Origin: a bacterium
Lineage (GTDB): Bacteria; SM23-31
Direction of reading: 5' to 3'
Assembly: GCA_965249485.1 (NCBI GenBank)
Contig: OZ252239.1
Coordinates: 160,001 to 224,000, forward strand
Length of the DNA stretch: 64,000 bases
This document shows positions 41,305 to 51,509 of the stretch, in pieces; position 1 is the stretch's first letter; the number at the start of each line of letters is the position of its first letter. The notes beneath the pieces were generated by a model. That model made no database searches, was not told the DNA's origin, and saw only the letters and a program-made list of their open reading frames with translations. Both the position numbers and the translations under genes were made by a program.

Positions 41305-42961
41305 AAGGTACAATATGTTTATCGCCCTTTCCCAATGATATATCCTTCACGCCGATACCTGTCCCACGGCACGGGTGTAATACGGGGAAGTTTTTCATCG
41401 CGCATGGCAGCATGATACACAAAGGTTGCCATGACCACCGATGCCTGCATCATGTTTTCCGGAACAAGTCGATCATAGACATCCATATTGGAATGGTAGG
41501 CCCGTCTTTCCATTCTGTCCTTAATAAAATCAAAACCCGGTAGTCCGAGCTCAATGAATGCACGAGATTCGCCATTTGATACTTGTGGGATGATATGTGT
41601 CATCCCCAGGTTGTGCAGCGGCTTCATCCATTCGGTAAATATGGACCGAATCTCTTCATTTTCCATATTGTTAACACCCCGTATCTTTCCTTGCCCATCC
41701 ACATTAAAATACCCACAAAAGTTCGCATGTTCAGGTTTGTATTTCTGTGTCATCACGTCACCAAAGTGGTCATGTACGTAATTCCGGGAACCAAAATTGC
41801 CTATTTCGTGTCCACCCCAGAGAGCAACACGAATGGTGCGCCGGGGTCTGATCCCGATTGCCTTGAGGATGCGAACAGCTTCCATAGAAACAACTGCACC
41901 GAAAGCATCATCTGCCGCACCGGTACCTGCAGGATTAGCCTGAAGATGACCGCCTAACATAACTATTTCATGTGCCAGGTCTGTACCCAGAATCTCAGCA
42001 ACGACATTATGATCATTGGGATTGTCTCTGAAAAAGGTCATCTTGAGTTCAACTTCCATCTCAACAGGAATGTCTTTCTCCAAAATTCGCATGATCCGGT
42101 TATACTGTTCCGCAGCTATAACCAACTCTGTGTGAATAGGAGGAACATTATTTTCCCAAGGTCTCATTTCTGTTTCATATGCGGTATTCTCGACAGCAAC
42201 GGTTCCAAAATCATTCCGCCCGTCCGTGCGTACAATTGCCGCGGCACCCTCACCAAACACAAAATCGATAATCTCCTGCCTCGATATTCTGTCTTCACTG
42301 GGCATAGGTCTACTGCTCTCCACAGAGACCCGGGAACCAATGTGGATTTTCGCCATTTCATCGAGCTGCTCCTTCGTGTATCGCTCTGCCATTGGTTCGA
42401 AATGGGGTGTGATTTTCTGTTTCGGTCTCGTGAATATGATAGCTTTCCGTAACTTTCCCCGGTATTGTCTCAGATCCATCTCCGAAGTAATTTCATCAAA
42501 ATTGATGTAAATGACCTGCCCTCGGACCTTTCCATCGGTACCGGCTGACCAATTCGCAGGATACGCAATGATCGGCATATACTGAGGAGACATCATGTGG
42601 ACAGACGTATATTCATTCATGTAGCCGAATCCTAACTCGTATGGTTCCAGAGCAGCGTTCGAGAGACCATACTCTTCTAATTTCCCTTTAGCCCATTCTG
42701 CGGCGGCAATATATGAAGGCGTATTTACATTTCGCGGTCCAAAAACATCGCACAGCCAGCTGGCATTCTCCATAACGTGAGAATTTTCAAATGCTTCTTC
42801 CATGATCTTATCCACAACATCCCAGTAGACCGGTTCCTGTGCATGTCCGGAAGATACTCCTAAAAACAGCATAAATAAACCGAACATAAAAACATGCTTT
42901 GCTTTCATAATACACCTCCTGAAAAAGTTTAATCTGATATTCCCTATATCAATCTTCTGAA
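41305..42961. repeat. Apparently exact 1657-bp direct repeat of 30552-32208
   Basis: Identical translations in all listed frames; offset 10753 bp. Confidence 0.95.
41319..42908 (-). CDS. Secreted M28 protein, copy 2 (identical to copy 1)
   Basis: Same 529-aa sequence from MKAKH. Confidence 0.85.
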   Translation of the reverse strand: MKAKHVFMFGLFMLFLGVSSGHAQEPVYWDVVDKIMEEAFENSHVMENASWLCDVFGPRNVNTPSYIAAAEWAKGKLEEYGLSNAALEPYELGFGYMNEYTSVHMMSPQYMPIIAYPANWSAGTDGKVRGQVIYINFDEITSEMDLRQYRGKLRKAIIFTRPKQKITPHFEPMAERYTKEQLDEMAKIHIGSRVSVESSRPMPSEDRISRQEIIDFVFGEGAAAIVRTDGRNDFGTVAVENTAYETEMRPWENNVPPIHTELVIAAEQYNRIMRILEKDIPVEMEVELKMTFFRDNPNDHNVVAEILGTDLAHEIVMLGGHLQANPAGTGAADDAFGAVVSMEAVRILKAIGIRPRRTIRVALWGGHEIGNFGSRNYVHDHFGDVMTQKYKPEHANFCGYFNVDGQGKIRGVNNMENEEIRSIFTEWMKPLHNLGMTHIIPQVSNGESRAFIELGLPGFDFIKDRMERRAYHSNMDVYDRLVPENMMQASVVMATFVYHAAMRDEKLPRITPVPWDRYRREGYIIGKGR

Positions 42962-43044
42962 AAAGAAATTTGTACTTATTAAAATGCCTGATTACCGAAC
43001 GACATAACACTTATAACTCACAAGTGTAATGCGTTTCACTGGAT

Positions 43045-43080
43045 AAAAAATGCTCCGCCTGCCTATCTGAGACGGAGCAT
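43045..43080 (-). terminator. Intrinsic terminator
   Basis: ATGCTCCG/CGGAGCAT stem with minus-strand T tract. Confidence 0.55.
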
Positions 43081-43216
43081 CACTTTGACAACTTTCATAT
43101 TTTTGAGGAGAACAATATGAGTTGCGTCAGTTTTCACATCAAAGAAACTTAAAAATAACCACATCAATCCGTTGCTGCGAAATGCAGTATTCGAAATCAG
43201 TCAAATACGCAGGTAC

Positions 43217-44785
43217 CTAATATTCTATTTTCGGATTGGCATCCACTTCTTGTTCCGCAAGAGGAAAATAAGGCCATGCACCCGGTAGATGCCAGATACC
43301 AAATCTGAATTGATCAGAGGTCCGAACAGATTTCAAAAACAGCTCTTTATCCCGTTCTTCGATAAGCAGACCGATTGGCCCGGTAACATCATATGCGCCA
43401 CCCTCGGGATTACTAAAGTTGGTCATGTCATCCATCGTCTTCGGATCAATATTATGGGAAGCGCGGACCGTGTTAATGTGGTCCAGTCCGGATTGAAGAT
43501 TTCCATCATAAATGTCAAGCTCAGCAAGAATGAGCTCCATTTCCTGCCATTCAATCAAATTCACATCATCTGACCTATCCAGATACTTATCCTGAGAGTA
43601 GGCTAATGGCAGGAGCGTTTCCTCTCCAAATTCATAGGGTACTGCCGGATCCCACAACTCGAGATCTGGCACAACCTCTCTCAGCTGAATCCGTTCTTGA
43701 GAGTTAGCCACGTTTGCCCGCGGATTCGCAGTCAACGAATGTCCACGCTCCCCAATCTCGCCTTCTGCACCAAGCTCTGAAAGACTAAAATTAAGAAGAG
43801 TCGGGTAAAGTGCAAGATCATCCGAGTCTATAGCGCTGATGATTTCTCCTTCTTTCCGGTCAGCCACAACGTATTTGGCAAACCGGGGAGCGACGTGCGT
43901 CTTGCTCTGAAAACGTTGAGCGCCTCTTCCCGTTTCAAAGTAGAATATGTTTACAGCATTTGCGCCAATTTTTAGAACGAACGGCGGATCGCCATCTATC
44001 AAGCCTTTTCCAGCAGCTTCGCGGGCCCCTGCAGGATCAACGACATTAGCCGCACCACCCATTCCACCGGTATAGTCATTAAGACGCAACCGCGCAAGCA
44101 ATGACCAGACAATCCTATCCGCATGGTCACCATCTACGATTCCATCTTTGTCTGTATACGGGTAGTCCACCGACAGTGCAAGCTCGTATTTTTCCTCTGC
44201 AAGCCCATGTAACTGGTTCGGCGTCAAAAAGTCGCCATATTCCTCTCCGGTAAAGGGGTCCGGGGAGATGACCGCACCGGGCTGGGACCCGTCTATTTTC
44301 AAACCAAACCACTCGGCGAGATACTGGCGCGATAATCCTCCCATTACATAACCCCACCAGAGAGCTTCATCACGCAGATCGTCACCAACGAGGCCTTCGG
44401 CATTCATCAACGACAATCGTTCTATCATCTGGTCTGCCGTGTTACGCATTTCCTGGACCCTGCCAAAAATTCTATTATATAAACCTATGTCTGCAGAACC
44501 TTCGGTCTGGTCCATAAACCTGGTTTCCTTAATGTCTCCCGGAACTCTCGAATCACCATAGGTTGCGTCTCCATGTGTCTCCGTTACGGGATGTTGATAC
44601 TCCCAGACCCTATAGAGAGCCCCTTTTACTCCATTGAGAAAGAATAACGTCTGTTCCGGAGAGTTGAGCCTTTCACCATCCACTATGTCTGAGAGCGGGT
44701 CCACATTCGCGACAAAATCACCGCACGATTGAAAGCTTACTACCAAAAATACGATGATCAATGGTATAAGATATCTGTTTTTCAT
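43217..44785 (-). CDS. SusD/RagB-like lipoprotein
   Basis: FQSC lipobox; EMELILAE, INTVR, EERDKELF, EVDANP; follows SusC. Confidence 0.8.
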   Translation of the reverse strand: MKNRYLIPLIIVFLVVSFQSCGDFVANVDPLSDIVDGERLNSPEQTLFFLNGVKGALYRVWEYQHPVTETHGDATYGDSRVPGDIKETRFMDQTEGSADIGLYNRIFGRVQEMRNTADQMIERLSLMNAEGLVGDDLRDEALWWGYVMGGLSRQYLAEWFGLKIDGSQPGAVISPDPFTGEEYGDFLTPNQLHGLAEEKYELALSVDYPYTDKDGIVDGDHADRIVWSLLARLRLNDYTGGMGGAANVVDPAGAREAAGKGLIDGDPPFVLKIGANAVNIFYFETGRGAQRFQSKTHVAPRFAKYVVADRKEGEIISAIDSDDLALYPTLLNFSLSELGAEGEIGERGHSLTANPRANVANSQERIQLREVVPDLELWDPAVPYEFGEETLLPLAYSQDKYLDRSDDVNLIEWQEMELILAELDIYDGNLQSGLDHINTVRASHNIDPKTMDDMTNFSNPEGGAYDVTGPIGLLIEERDKELFLKSVRTSDQFRFGIWHLPGAWPYFPLAEQEVDANPKIEY

Positions 44786-44815
44786 AGTTATAGTTCCTCT
44801 TATTACATTCAATTA

Positions 44816-47800
44816 TTATAGTGTAAACCGAATAAAAAATAATTGTGTTTGGGGTAAAGGAATGAATGTGCTGCCGGCAGCCGCTTCAGGAACATTTCCT
44901 GTAATATTCCTCATTGAGCCTTCAGCATCAAGAAGTCCCCTTCTATTAAACATGTTGTGGTTCATAGTCCAGAGATTGTTTCCGACATAACCGATCGTCA
45001 AGCTCTGGATATGTTTCTCTAACCCAAGCTTCGGGAGCAGTTTGCTCGCGTTATAACTGAAGCTCAGCTCACGAAGCTTTAAATAATCTCCCCGTGTAAG
45101 TTTATTACTTTCAGTCCAATTTTCTCCCCATGATCCCCACCAGTTTGCAAGGTCTATATATTCCGGGGTGCCCGGTGTCAATTCCTCAAAATGTCCTAAA
45201 CCGACATCCTGAAGTCCTAACATTTCCCGTATAGTGTCAGCTTGAAGATTGAGCGATCCATTCGGAGTATATGACGGATTGAGCGTGTCATTCATAAACC
45301 AGAAATTGTACTTCCATTCTAACATTGCGTACGCCGTGAATCCAAATGCGCTCAAGGTGCCGCTCTGGCTACCATACCATGGTGGAAACTCGTGCCCGAC
45401 GTCCACCCGCTCAGTGCTTACTAAAGCCCTTGAGAACTTTCCATCTTCATCAAATTCCGCACCAATACCCTTGAAGGTATGAATAAAACCCCTTGGATAG
45501 CCTTCCTCAATTGCAAAAGCGCCATGGTTATAATATGGGGCACCACCTCCCAGGTCCACCACTTCATTATCCATCCAGTTGGTGACATTGGACAAGTTGA
45601 AAGACCAACCGCCAAAGTGCCTGCCGCTAAAGTAAACCTGAACCAATGATTCAATTCCCTGTCCCTTAATCCTGCCAATATTGTCACTGAAAGCCTTATT
45701 TTCATAGCCCGCTGATGGCGCTTTCGTCCTACCATAAATTGAATCCGTTGCATTCTGCCGGTAGTATGAAAAATCAACTGAAAGGAAATTATTGTATTCT
45801 GCCTCTATGCCGAATTCCCATTCACTAACCCGTTCGGGCTTAATAGAGGGATTACCGACTCCACTTATTCTGGCGCCAACTCCATACCCGGTGGTCGTTG
45901 TTCCAAACAACTGAGGTATTGCGGCCGTTCTTGTCGGCAGGATGCCCGTTTCGCCGTACCCGGCGCGAAGTTTCAGCATTCCAAAGGCTTCAGGGACCGC
46001 TTCGAACCGGTCAAGACGAACCGCACCGCTGAACCGCGGATAATAGATAGATTGATGACCCTTTTTCAATACACTCGTGTAATCCCTCCGAAACATCGCA
46101 GACCAAAAATAGGTATCATCATACGAAAAGGAATGTTCGGTGAAAATGCCGGCTTTTCTTGAATGGTTGTTTGTTTCATCTATCCGCTCGAATTCACCTC
46201 CTGCGCCGACCGTTATGATCAGTGGTGTCACGAAATTCGACTTATATGCCTGGAGAAAATTGGACCTGGTTTCATAGATCTGCGTTCCGGCATTAGCCGA
46301 TGCGTCTATGCCGAGAAAACTATAATCATACCGCACATCCCCGGTATAGGTGAGATCCGAGTTGTAGGTCCGTCTCAGCTCTCTATCTCCAGGAATGCCT
46401 AGACTGGCATCAGGAGCATTAGTCCATTCGTCCCAATCATGACGTTCCATAACACCAAAAGTCATCCTTCCCGACAGCCCCCTCAACCATCTGTTACCAC
46501 CCAGGAACGGTCGATACTCAGTGGTGACCGAGCCGGTGAATTGATTGGCATTGAAATTAATTTGTTCCAAATCAGCACGTGCTCTTTCCTCCTCTGTTAC
46601 ATAACCATCTAAACGAAACGCAGCTGTTCGAAACAATCTGCCAGGATTATACTCAATTTGGTCCCTGAAATACCCTGCGCTAACAGCGAAGTTAACCTTC
46701 TCATGCGGATTTATATCAAAGTTCATCCGGAAATTTGACCTGTCTTCCTGGCTGGAAGGGATATGATAATTCTCAAGGGCTTTGTCCATCGATGCATAGT
46801 ACCGGAAAGCTGACGTTCCACCAGAGAAATTCAAATTATTCCTCTCGATTGGACCATTCCTGAAAAAACTATTTATCTCCGGGGCAGACCTTCTATGCCA
46901 CTCAGTAAACTTGTAAGCCTGTTGATTCCAGCCATAGGTCCCTTTGTAGCCAATCGTCCAGTTTTTGCCGGTCTCAGTACCTATTTTGCCTCTTTTTGTG
47001 GTAATAAGAACAACACCATTGGAACCATCGGTCCCGTATGCTGACGCCCCGGCCGGGCCCTTGAGGATTTCGATTGTTTCTATCTCCTCCGGCTGAAGAA
47101 AATTGAGTGAGGTCACTCCAATGCGCCGGCTTCTACCTCTCCGTTGTCCGATAATCCTCTGTTCCATACGAACACCATCAACAATAATGAGCGGCTGGGA
47201 ATCTCCGTGCAATCCACCTCCGGACCGTATCTGAAACCGGAACGGCGCACCAATGCCTCCGCCTGCAGCATGCATAGTCACCCCGGGAGACTTCCCTAAG
47301 ACCATCGACGATAAACTCGTTAAAGCCACTTTATCAGCAAGTTCTCCCACGTTAATACGAGAAACAGCAACCTCAGCTATCGCTTTTGATGTTCGGGAAG
47401 CAATTCCGGTCACAACGATCTCATCCAATCCGAATGGGTCAAGTGCCAGTTCGAAATTCAGGTTTGAGACGTTATCGCCGGGAGAGAGATCCAGCTCAGC
47501 GGTATGATAACCGACAAAGCTTACAACAAGAGTATAATCCTCGGTTGGACTATACATGAACGAGAAGTTTCCGTCAACATCCGTAGCAGCACCGACCATT
47601 ATACCCTCGACAAGCACATTCGCACCGATCAGCGGGTCTCCGGTTTCGGCATCCGTGATAATCCCGCTGTGTTCCTGTTGTACTGGAACCTGTTCCTCAG
47701 GAGCCGACGGTCCTTCACTAGTTTCAGCTTTTTTCAACGGAGTTATAGCAATCAGTCCTCCTTTTGAAATAGTTATCTCAGCCTCAACATTTTTCAGAAC

Positions 47801-48109
47801 ACTTATCAATGCCTCAACCGCAGGTACATTAGACACCGTTAAAGATACTGTTTTATCAACCGGAATGTGGCTCCCGCTAAAGTTCAAAGAGAAATTCCCC
47901 TCATCTGCAATGTCTGTCAGTGCACTTTCCAATGAAACATTGACAAGATCGACGGACACAGGATTAAGCAGTGATTCCGGTATCAGCTTCCCTGTTTCCC
48001 CGATTGCCTGTGCAAGAGAATTGATCTGGGCAATTAGGGAAACATTCAAAACAAGGGTTAAGCTGAATATGACACAAAAAGCAATCCGATTTTTTAAATG
48101 CATATACAC
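44816..48109 (-). CDS. SusC/RagA-like TonB-dependent receptor with N-terminal STN domain
   Basis: PLIIVDG, EILKGPAGASAYGTDGSNGVVLITTKRG, YLKLRELS. Confidence 0.9.
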   Translation of the reverse strand: MYMHLKNRIAFCVIFSLTLVLNVSLIAQINSLAQAIGETGKLIPESLLNPVSVDLVNVSLESALTDIADEGNFSLNFSGSHIPVDKTVSLTVSNVPAVEALISVLKNVEAEITISKGGLIAITPLKKAETSEGPSAPEEQVPVQQEHSGIITDAETGDPLIGANVLVEGIMVGAATDVDGNFSFMYSPTEDYTLVVSFVGYHTAELDLSPGDNVSNLNFELALDPFGLDEIVVTGIASRTSKAIAEVAVSRINVGELADKVALTSLSSMVLGKSPGVTMHAAGGGIGAPFRFQIRSGGGLHGDSQPLIIVDGVRMEQRIIGQRRGRSRRIGVTSLNFLQPEEIETIEILKGPAGASAYGTDGSNGVVLITTKRGKIGTETGKNWTIGYKGTYGWNQQAYKFTEWHRRSAPEINSFFRNGPIERNNLNFSGGTSAFRYYASMDKALENYHIPSSQEDRSNFRMNFDINPHEKVNFAVSAGYFRDQIEYNPGRLFRTAAFRLDGYVTEEERARADLEQINFNANQFTGSVTTEYRPFLGGNRWLRGLSGRMTFGVMERHDWDEWTNAPDASLGIPGDRELRRTYNSDLTYTGDVRYDYSFLGIDASANAGTQIYETRSNFLQAYKSNFVTPLIITVGAGGEFERIDETNNHSRKAGIFTEHSFSYDDTYFWSAMFRRDYTSVLKKGHQSIYYPRFSGAVRLDRFEAVPEAFGMLKLRAGYGETGILPTRTAAIPQLFGTTTTGYGVGARISGVGNPSIKPERVSEWEFGIEAEYNNFLSVDFSYYRQNATDSIYGRTKAPSAGYENKAFSDNIGRIKGQGIESLVQVYFSGRHFGGWSFNLSNVTNWMDNEVVDLGGGAPYYNHGAFAIEEGYPRGFIHTFKGIGAEFDEDGKFSRALVSTERVDVGHEFPPWYGSQSGTLSAFGFTAYAMLEWKYNFWFMNDTLNPSYTPNGSLNLQADTIREMLGLQDVGLGHFEELTPGTPEYIDLANWWGSWGENWTESNKLTRGDYLKLRELSFSYNASKLLPKLGLEKHIQSLTIGYVGNNLWTMNHNMFNRRGLLDAEGSMRNITGNVPEAAAGSTFIPLPQTQLFFIRFTL

Positions 48110-48138
48110 CTCCTGCTGTTTAGTTCCTTAGTTACTAA

Positions 48139-49270
48139 TTAAGCATTTCGGAGAACAACGATTGTTCTGCCAGTCCGTTCGTACTGCAAATCCAATATTA
48201 ATGCTATCGTTTCTATAATATCATCAACAGGTTTATTTTTTATATGAACCGTTATAAGATCTGATGCGATCGAATTGTCGGTGAGAAAAAATCTGAGATT
48301 GTACCATCGTTCCAACTGATACAACACTACATGTAAAGGTGCATCATCAAAAACTATCTCATAGTTGAGCCAGGAAAGATGTTGTGCTATGTCTATCTGA
48401 CGTGGTAGAGAAGGTTTAGCATTTCTACGCAGAATACTCAGCTGCCCTTTCGGGATGATAACTGCATCTTTATCAGTATCTGTTATAGAACGTACTGCAA
48501 CCCTCCCATCAGATACAGCAACCTTAACCTCATGATTCTGGAGCCAGGCTCTTACATTAAACTTGGTACCCAGAACCCTGTTTATTGCGTCATTCGTTTG
48601 GACAACAAACGGCTTTTGCGGGTCAGATGTAACTTCACAGTATCCTTCACCCTGAAGAAAAACCTCCCGGGTTTCCCCACTGAATCTTTGAGGATATTTG
48701 AAAACACTCCCTGCGTCCTGGGTTACGTGGGTACCGTCACGTAAGGTAAGTTTTGCCTGATTTCCACTTTCAACCACGATCTCTTCCATCCCATAAACTT
48801 GCTGGGCTGGTGCATCGGATCTTACTTCAAAAACCTTTGTTAAAAAATAAGAACCCGAAGTGATGAAAATAAGGACAGCAGCAACCATCAAACATCACAA
48901 GACAATATGAAGATCGCCTCATGAATGAATTTTTATTTGGTTGTTCAACTGAAAGTGGATTCTTCCCAGAATTCAACTGTCTTATTTTTGAATTAAATTT
49001 TGCACTTTCTTTCACTTCGTTCAATGCCTTTTCTGTATCAAACGTCATGTACCTGTGATTTTGAGGAATTCCAGATTTTTTCCAGAAGGTGTACCAAATC
49101 GCACTAACAAATTCCAATCAATACCATTATTCATATTTTCGCTGTCTTTCCATTTGTTTCAGTCATTTCCGCAGTTCTCCGCCTGTGCCATGGTGTACAG
49201 GCGGAGAACTGCGGAACACACCAGGAGTAAAGATTGCACCTAAGGAACTGTGTTAATATGACGATTGAAA
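48139..49270 (-). pseudogene. FecR family anti-sigma factor, N-terminus disrupted
   Basis: LRDGTHV, REVFLQGEG, VLGTKFNV; the N-terminal part lies in other frames (48827-49117); left-to-right extent approximate. Confidence 0.75.
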
Positions 49271-49330
49271 ACACATTTTCAGTGACAAAAAAATTCAAAT
49301 CGCAGAAAAAATATTAGGATTATTAAGGAT

Positions 49331-49921
49331 TTATAGAGGAAATATGGGAAAGAATTGGGAAAGATGTTTTCGAAGGTATTTAAAAGCACGAGCCATCTGG
49401 GTTTGCACTGTGTTGATAGAAATACCCAAAATATCTGCAATTTCTGCATAGGATAATTCATCGTTTTTCTTCATTTTAAAAATTTGGCGGCACTGTTTCG
49501 GAAGCTCTTCGATTGTCTTGTGAACTGCTGTTATGATCTCCTTGTCATTCAATTCATCTTCAGGTGTTTTTATCAAACTTTCATGCGTTGCTATATCCAA
49601 ATCAATGGCACTTGCGGCCTTTGTACTTTTTATGTAGTCTAATGCTCGATTTTTTACAGCAATATATAAATACGATTTCACGTTTGAAGAAATATGCCAT
49701 GTCTCATGGTTCAGCCAAATTTTAAGAAAGACATCCTGCACAATGTTTTCTGCAATTTGTGTGTCTTTTACATAACGCAAAACATAACTGCACAGTAATT
49801 CATAATATCTTCTAAACAGGTTGTCAAATGCAGATGAATCCCCGGCACGGATTTTTCTTGCCCATACCGAATCGGTACTATTCCATTCAGAATTTCTTTT
49901 AAATAATTTTCTGTTACTCAT
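49331..49921 (-). CDS. ECF sigma-70 factor
   Basis: AENIVQDVFLKIW; LSYAEIADILGISINTV. Confidence 0.92.
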   Translation of the reverse strand: MSNRKLFKRNSEWNSTDSVWARKIRAGDSSAFDNLFRRYYELLCSYVLRYVKDTQIAENIVQDVFLKIWLNHETWHISSNVKSYLYIAVKNRALDYIKSTKAASAIDLDIATHESLIKTPEDELNDKEIITAVHKTIEELPKQCRQIFKMKKNDELSYAEIADILGISINTVQTQMARAFKYLRKHLSQFFPIFPL

Positions 49922-49991
49922 CAGCCAATAATAACCGACAAAATAAATTCAAACGGTTAAACGCTGGGAAAAGCAGGATACTGCATAACAT

Positions 49992-50023
49992 AAAAAACCG
50001 CTTTACCCATCGTAAGGCGGTTT
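49992..50023 (-). terminator. Terminator hairpin in the leader of the ECF sigma gene
   Basis: AAACCGCTTTAC-N5-GTAAGGCGGTTT with minus-strand T tract. Confidence 0.55.
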
Positions 50024-50472
50024 ATTGAAATCTACTAATTTCAGAATCGAATTCGGTTTCTTAAACTTGTACTACACCGGTCAGATTTAAAGGATTATTT
50101 TCAGGATCACTAGGCCGTAAACCACCTCTGCGGAATGCTACTTTAGAAATGTTATTGGGTGTATCCTTAATACATTCAACAATATGATATATTCAAATTT
50201 GATTTTTCGTGTCAGATTTCCAAGTCTTTTTTTCACCTCCCTCCATAAACCACCTTTCCCGACAACTCTCCTCCAGGATATACATAGATAAAAATTCAAA
50301 CTTTATCTGCCTGTAAGGACAATATTGGACGGATTTAATGTTTTTGAACTGGAGTTAAACTTTGAAAATGTGATCGAATTTTGTGTTTGGAAGGAATAAA
50401 TTATTTCACATTTTTTCTCTAATAAAGAATTTCAAATAATTCAAATATAATGTAATTTATCTCAAAATGAAC

Positions 50473-50614
50473 GACCATGTGATTGGCCCTCACAAGGTCT
50501 TGCTTTAATAGCAACAATTACGCTAACTGTAAATCTAATAATAACAACAATATAAAATTTTAACTTATTTGAGGAAGGCACACTCTTATTTACAAATGTG
50601 TCAATTCGTGTCAA
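50473..50614 (+). mobile_element. Inverted att-like site A (10-7-10 core plus TGTGTCA arm pair)
   Basis: GACCATGTGA-TTGGCCC-TCACAAGGTC; TGTGTCAATTCGTGTCAA at 50597. Confidence 0.7.
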
Positions 50615-50763
50615 TTACTTCTAAAAAGTGAAAGTTAACTTAAAATTAGCGTGAGATTGTATAACTATTTTTCTACCTAACGCAAGGAGCTTGACATTCC
50701 TAGAATTTCAATATATATTGATCTTACTAATCTTAACAATTCTAACATAAATATAAGAACTAT

Positions 50764-51324
50764 ATGAATCAAGAAGTTTTTACTCCAAACCAAGCTGCAA
50801 AAATCTGCAAGACAAGTTTTATGTCGGTACATAGATGGATTGATGCGGGAAAACTCAAATCTTATAAGACACCGGGTGGACATAACAGAATAGTGAAGGA
50901 TGATCTTATAGATTTCATGAAGGAAAACAATATACCTTTCATAGACGATATTGTTCGGAAAAGATATAAGGTGATGATTATTGATGATGATCCAGAGATT
51001 TGTGAATTATTGTCAAAAGAACTAAGATCAACCCGTTATAATATAGACGTATCAGTAGCATGCAATGGATTTGAGGCTGGCTCTCTTATAACGCGAATAG
51101 TCCCGGATGTAATATTACTCGACTTAATGATGCCTGGGATAGATGGTTTTGATGTTTGTAAGCTCATAAAGGGAAATCCCGATACTAAACATATTAAAGT
51201 GGTTATTATTACCGGTTATGGGAATGATGAAAATGTCGAAAAAGCTATGGCTGCAGGAGCCGAAAGAGTCCTTTTCAAACCTGTTAACCTTGGAATAATT
51301 CTTCAAGAAATATTAGTTTATTAA
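50764..51324 (+). CDS. Response regulator with N-terminal excisionase-type HTH
   Basis: FTPNQAAK...KTPGGHNRI; IIDDD, LLDLMMP, FKP. Confidence 0.9.
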   Translation: MNQEVFTPNQAAKICKTSFMSVHRWIDAGKLKSYKTPGGHNRIVKDDLIDFMKENNIPFIDDIVRKRYKVMIIDDDPEICELLSKELRSTRYNIDVSVACNGFEAGSLITRIVPDVILLDLMMPGIDGFDVCKLIKGNPDTKHIKVVIITGYGNDENVEKAMAAGAERVLFKPVNLGIILQEILVY

Positions 51325-51509
51325 TCTTTGTCCTCATTTTACTATCACTGATTCAGAGGTCCTCTAAACACCTAAATTATATCAATTGCAATCTGTAATA
51401 GATTTTCCCCTATAAATTAGAAATTTTTAATTTTCTACGTTAAACACATAATAGGTATATATAATATCTATAATTTGAGACACTTTTTATCATTTGGTAT
51501 CCTCTCTAT

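Noticed and set aside
50040..50140. c-di-GMP-I riboswitch
   Set aside because: Only TACGGCCTA matches; the GGCAAAC/GAAA/GCAAAG elements are absent
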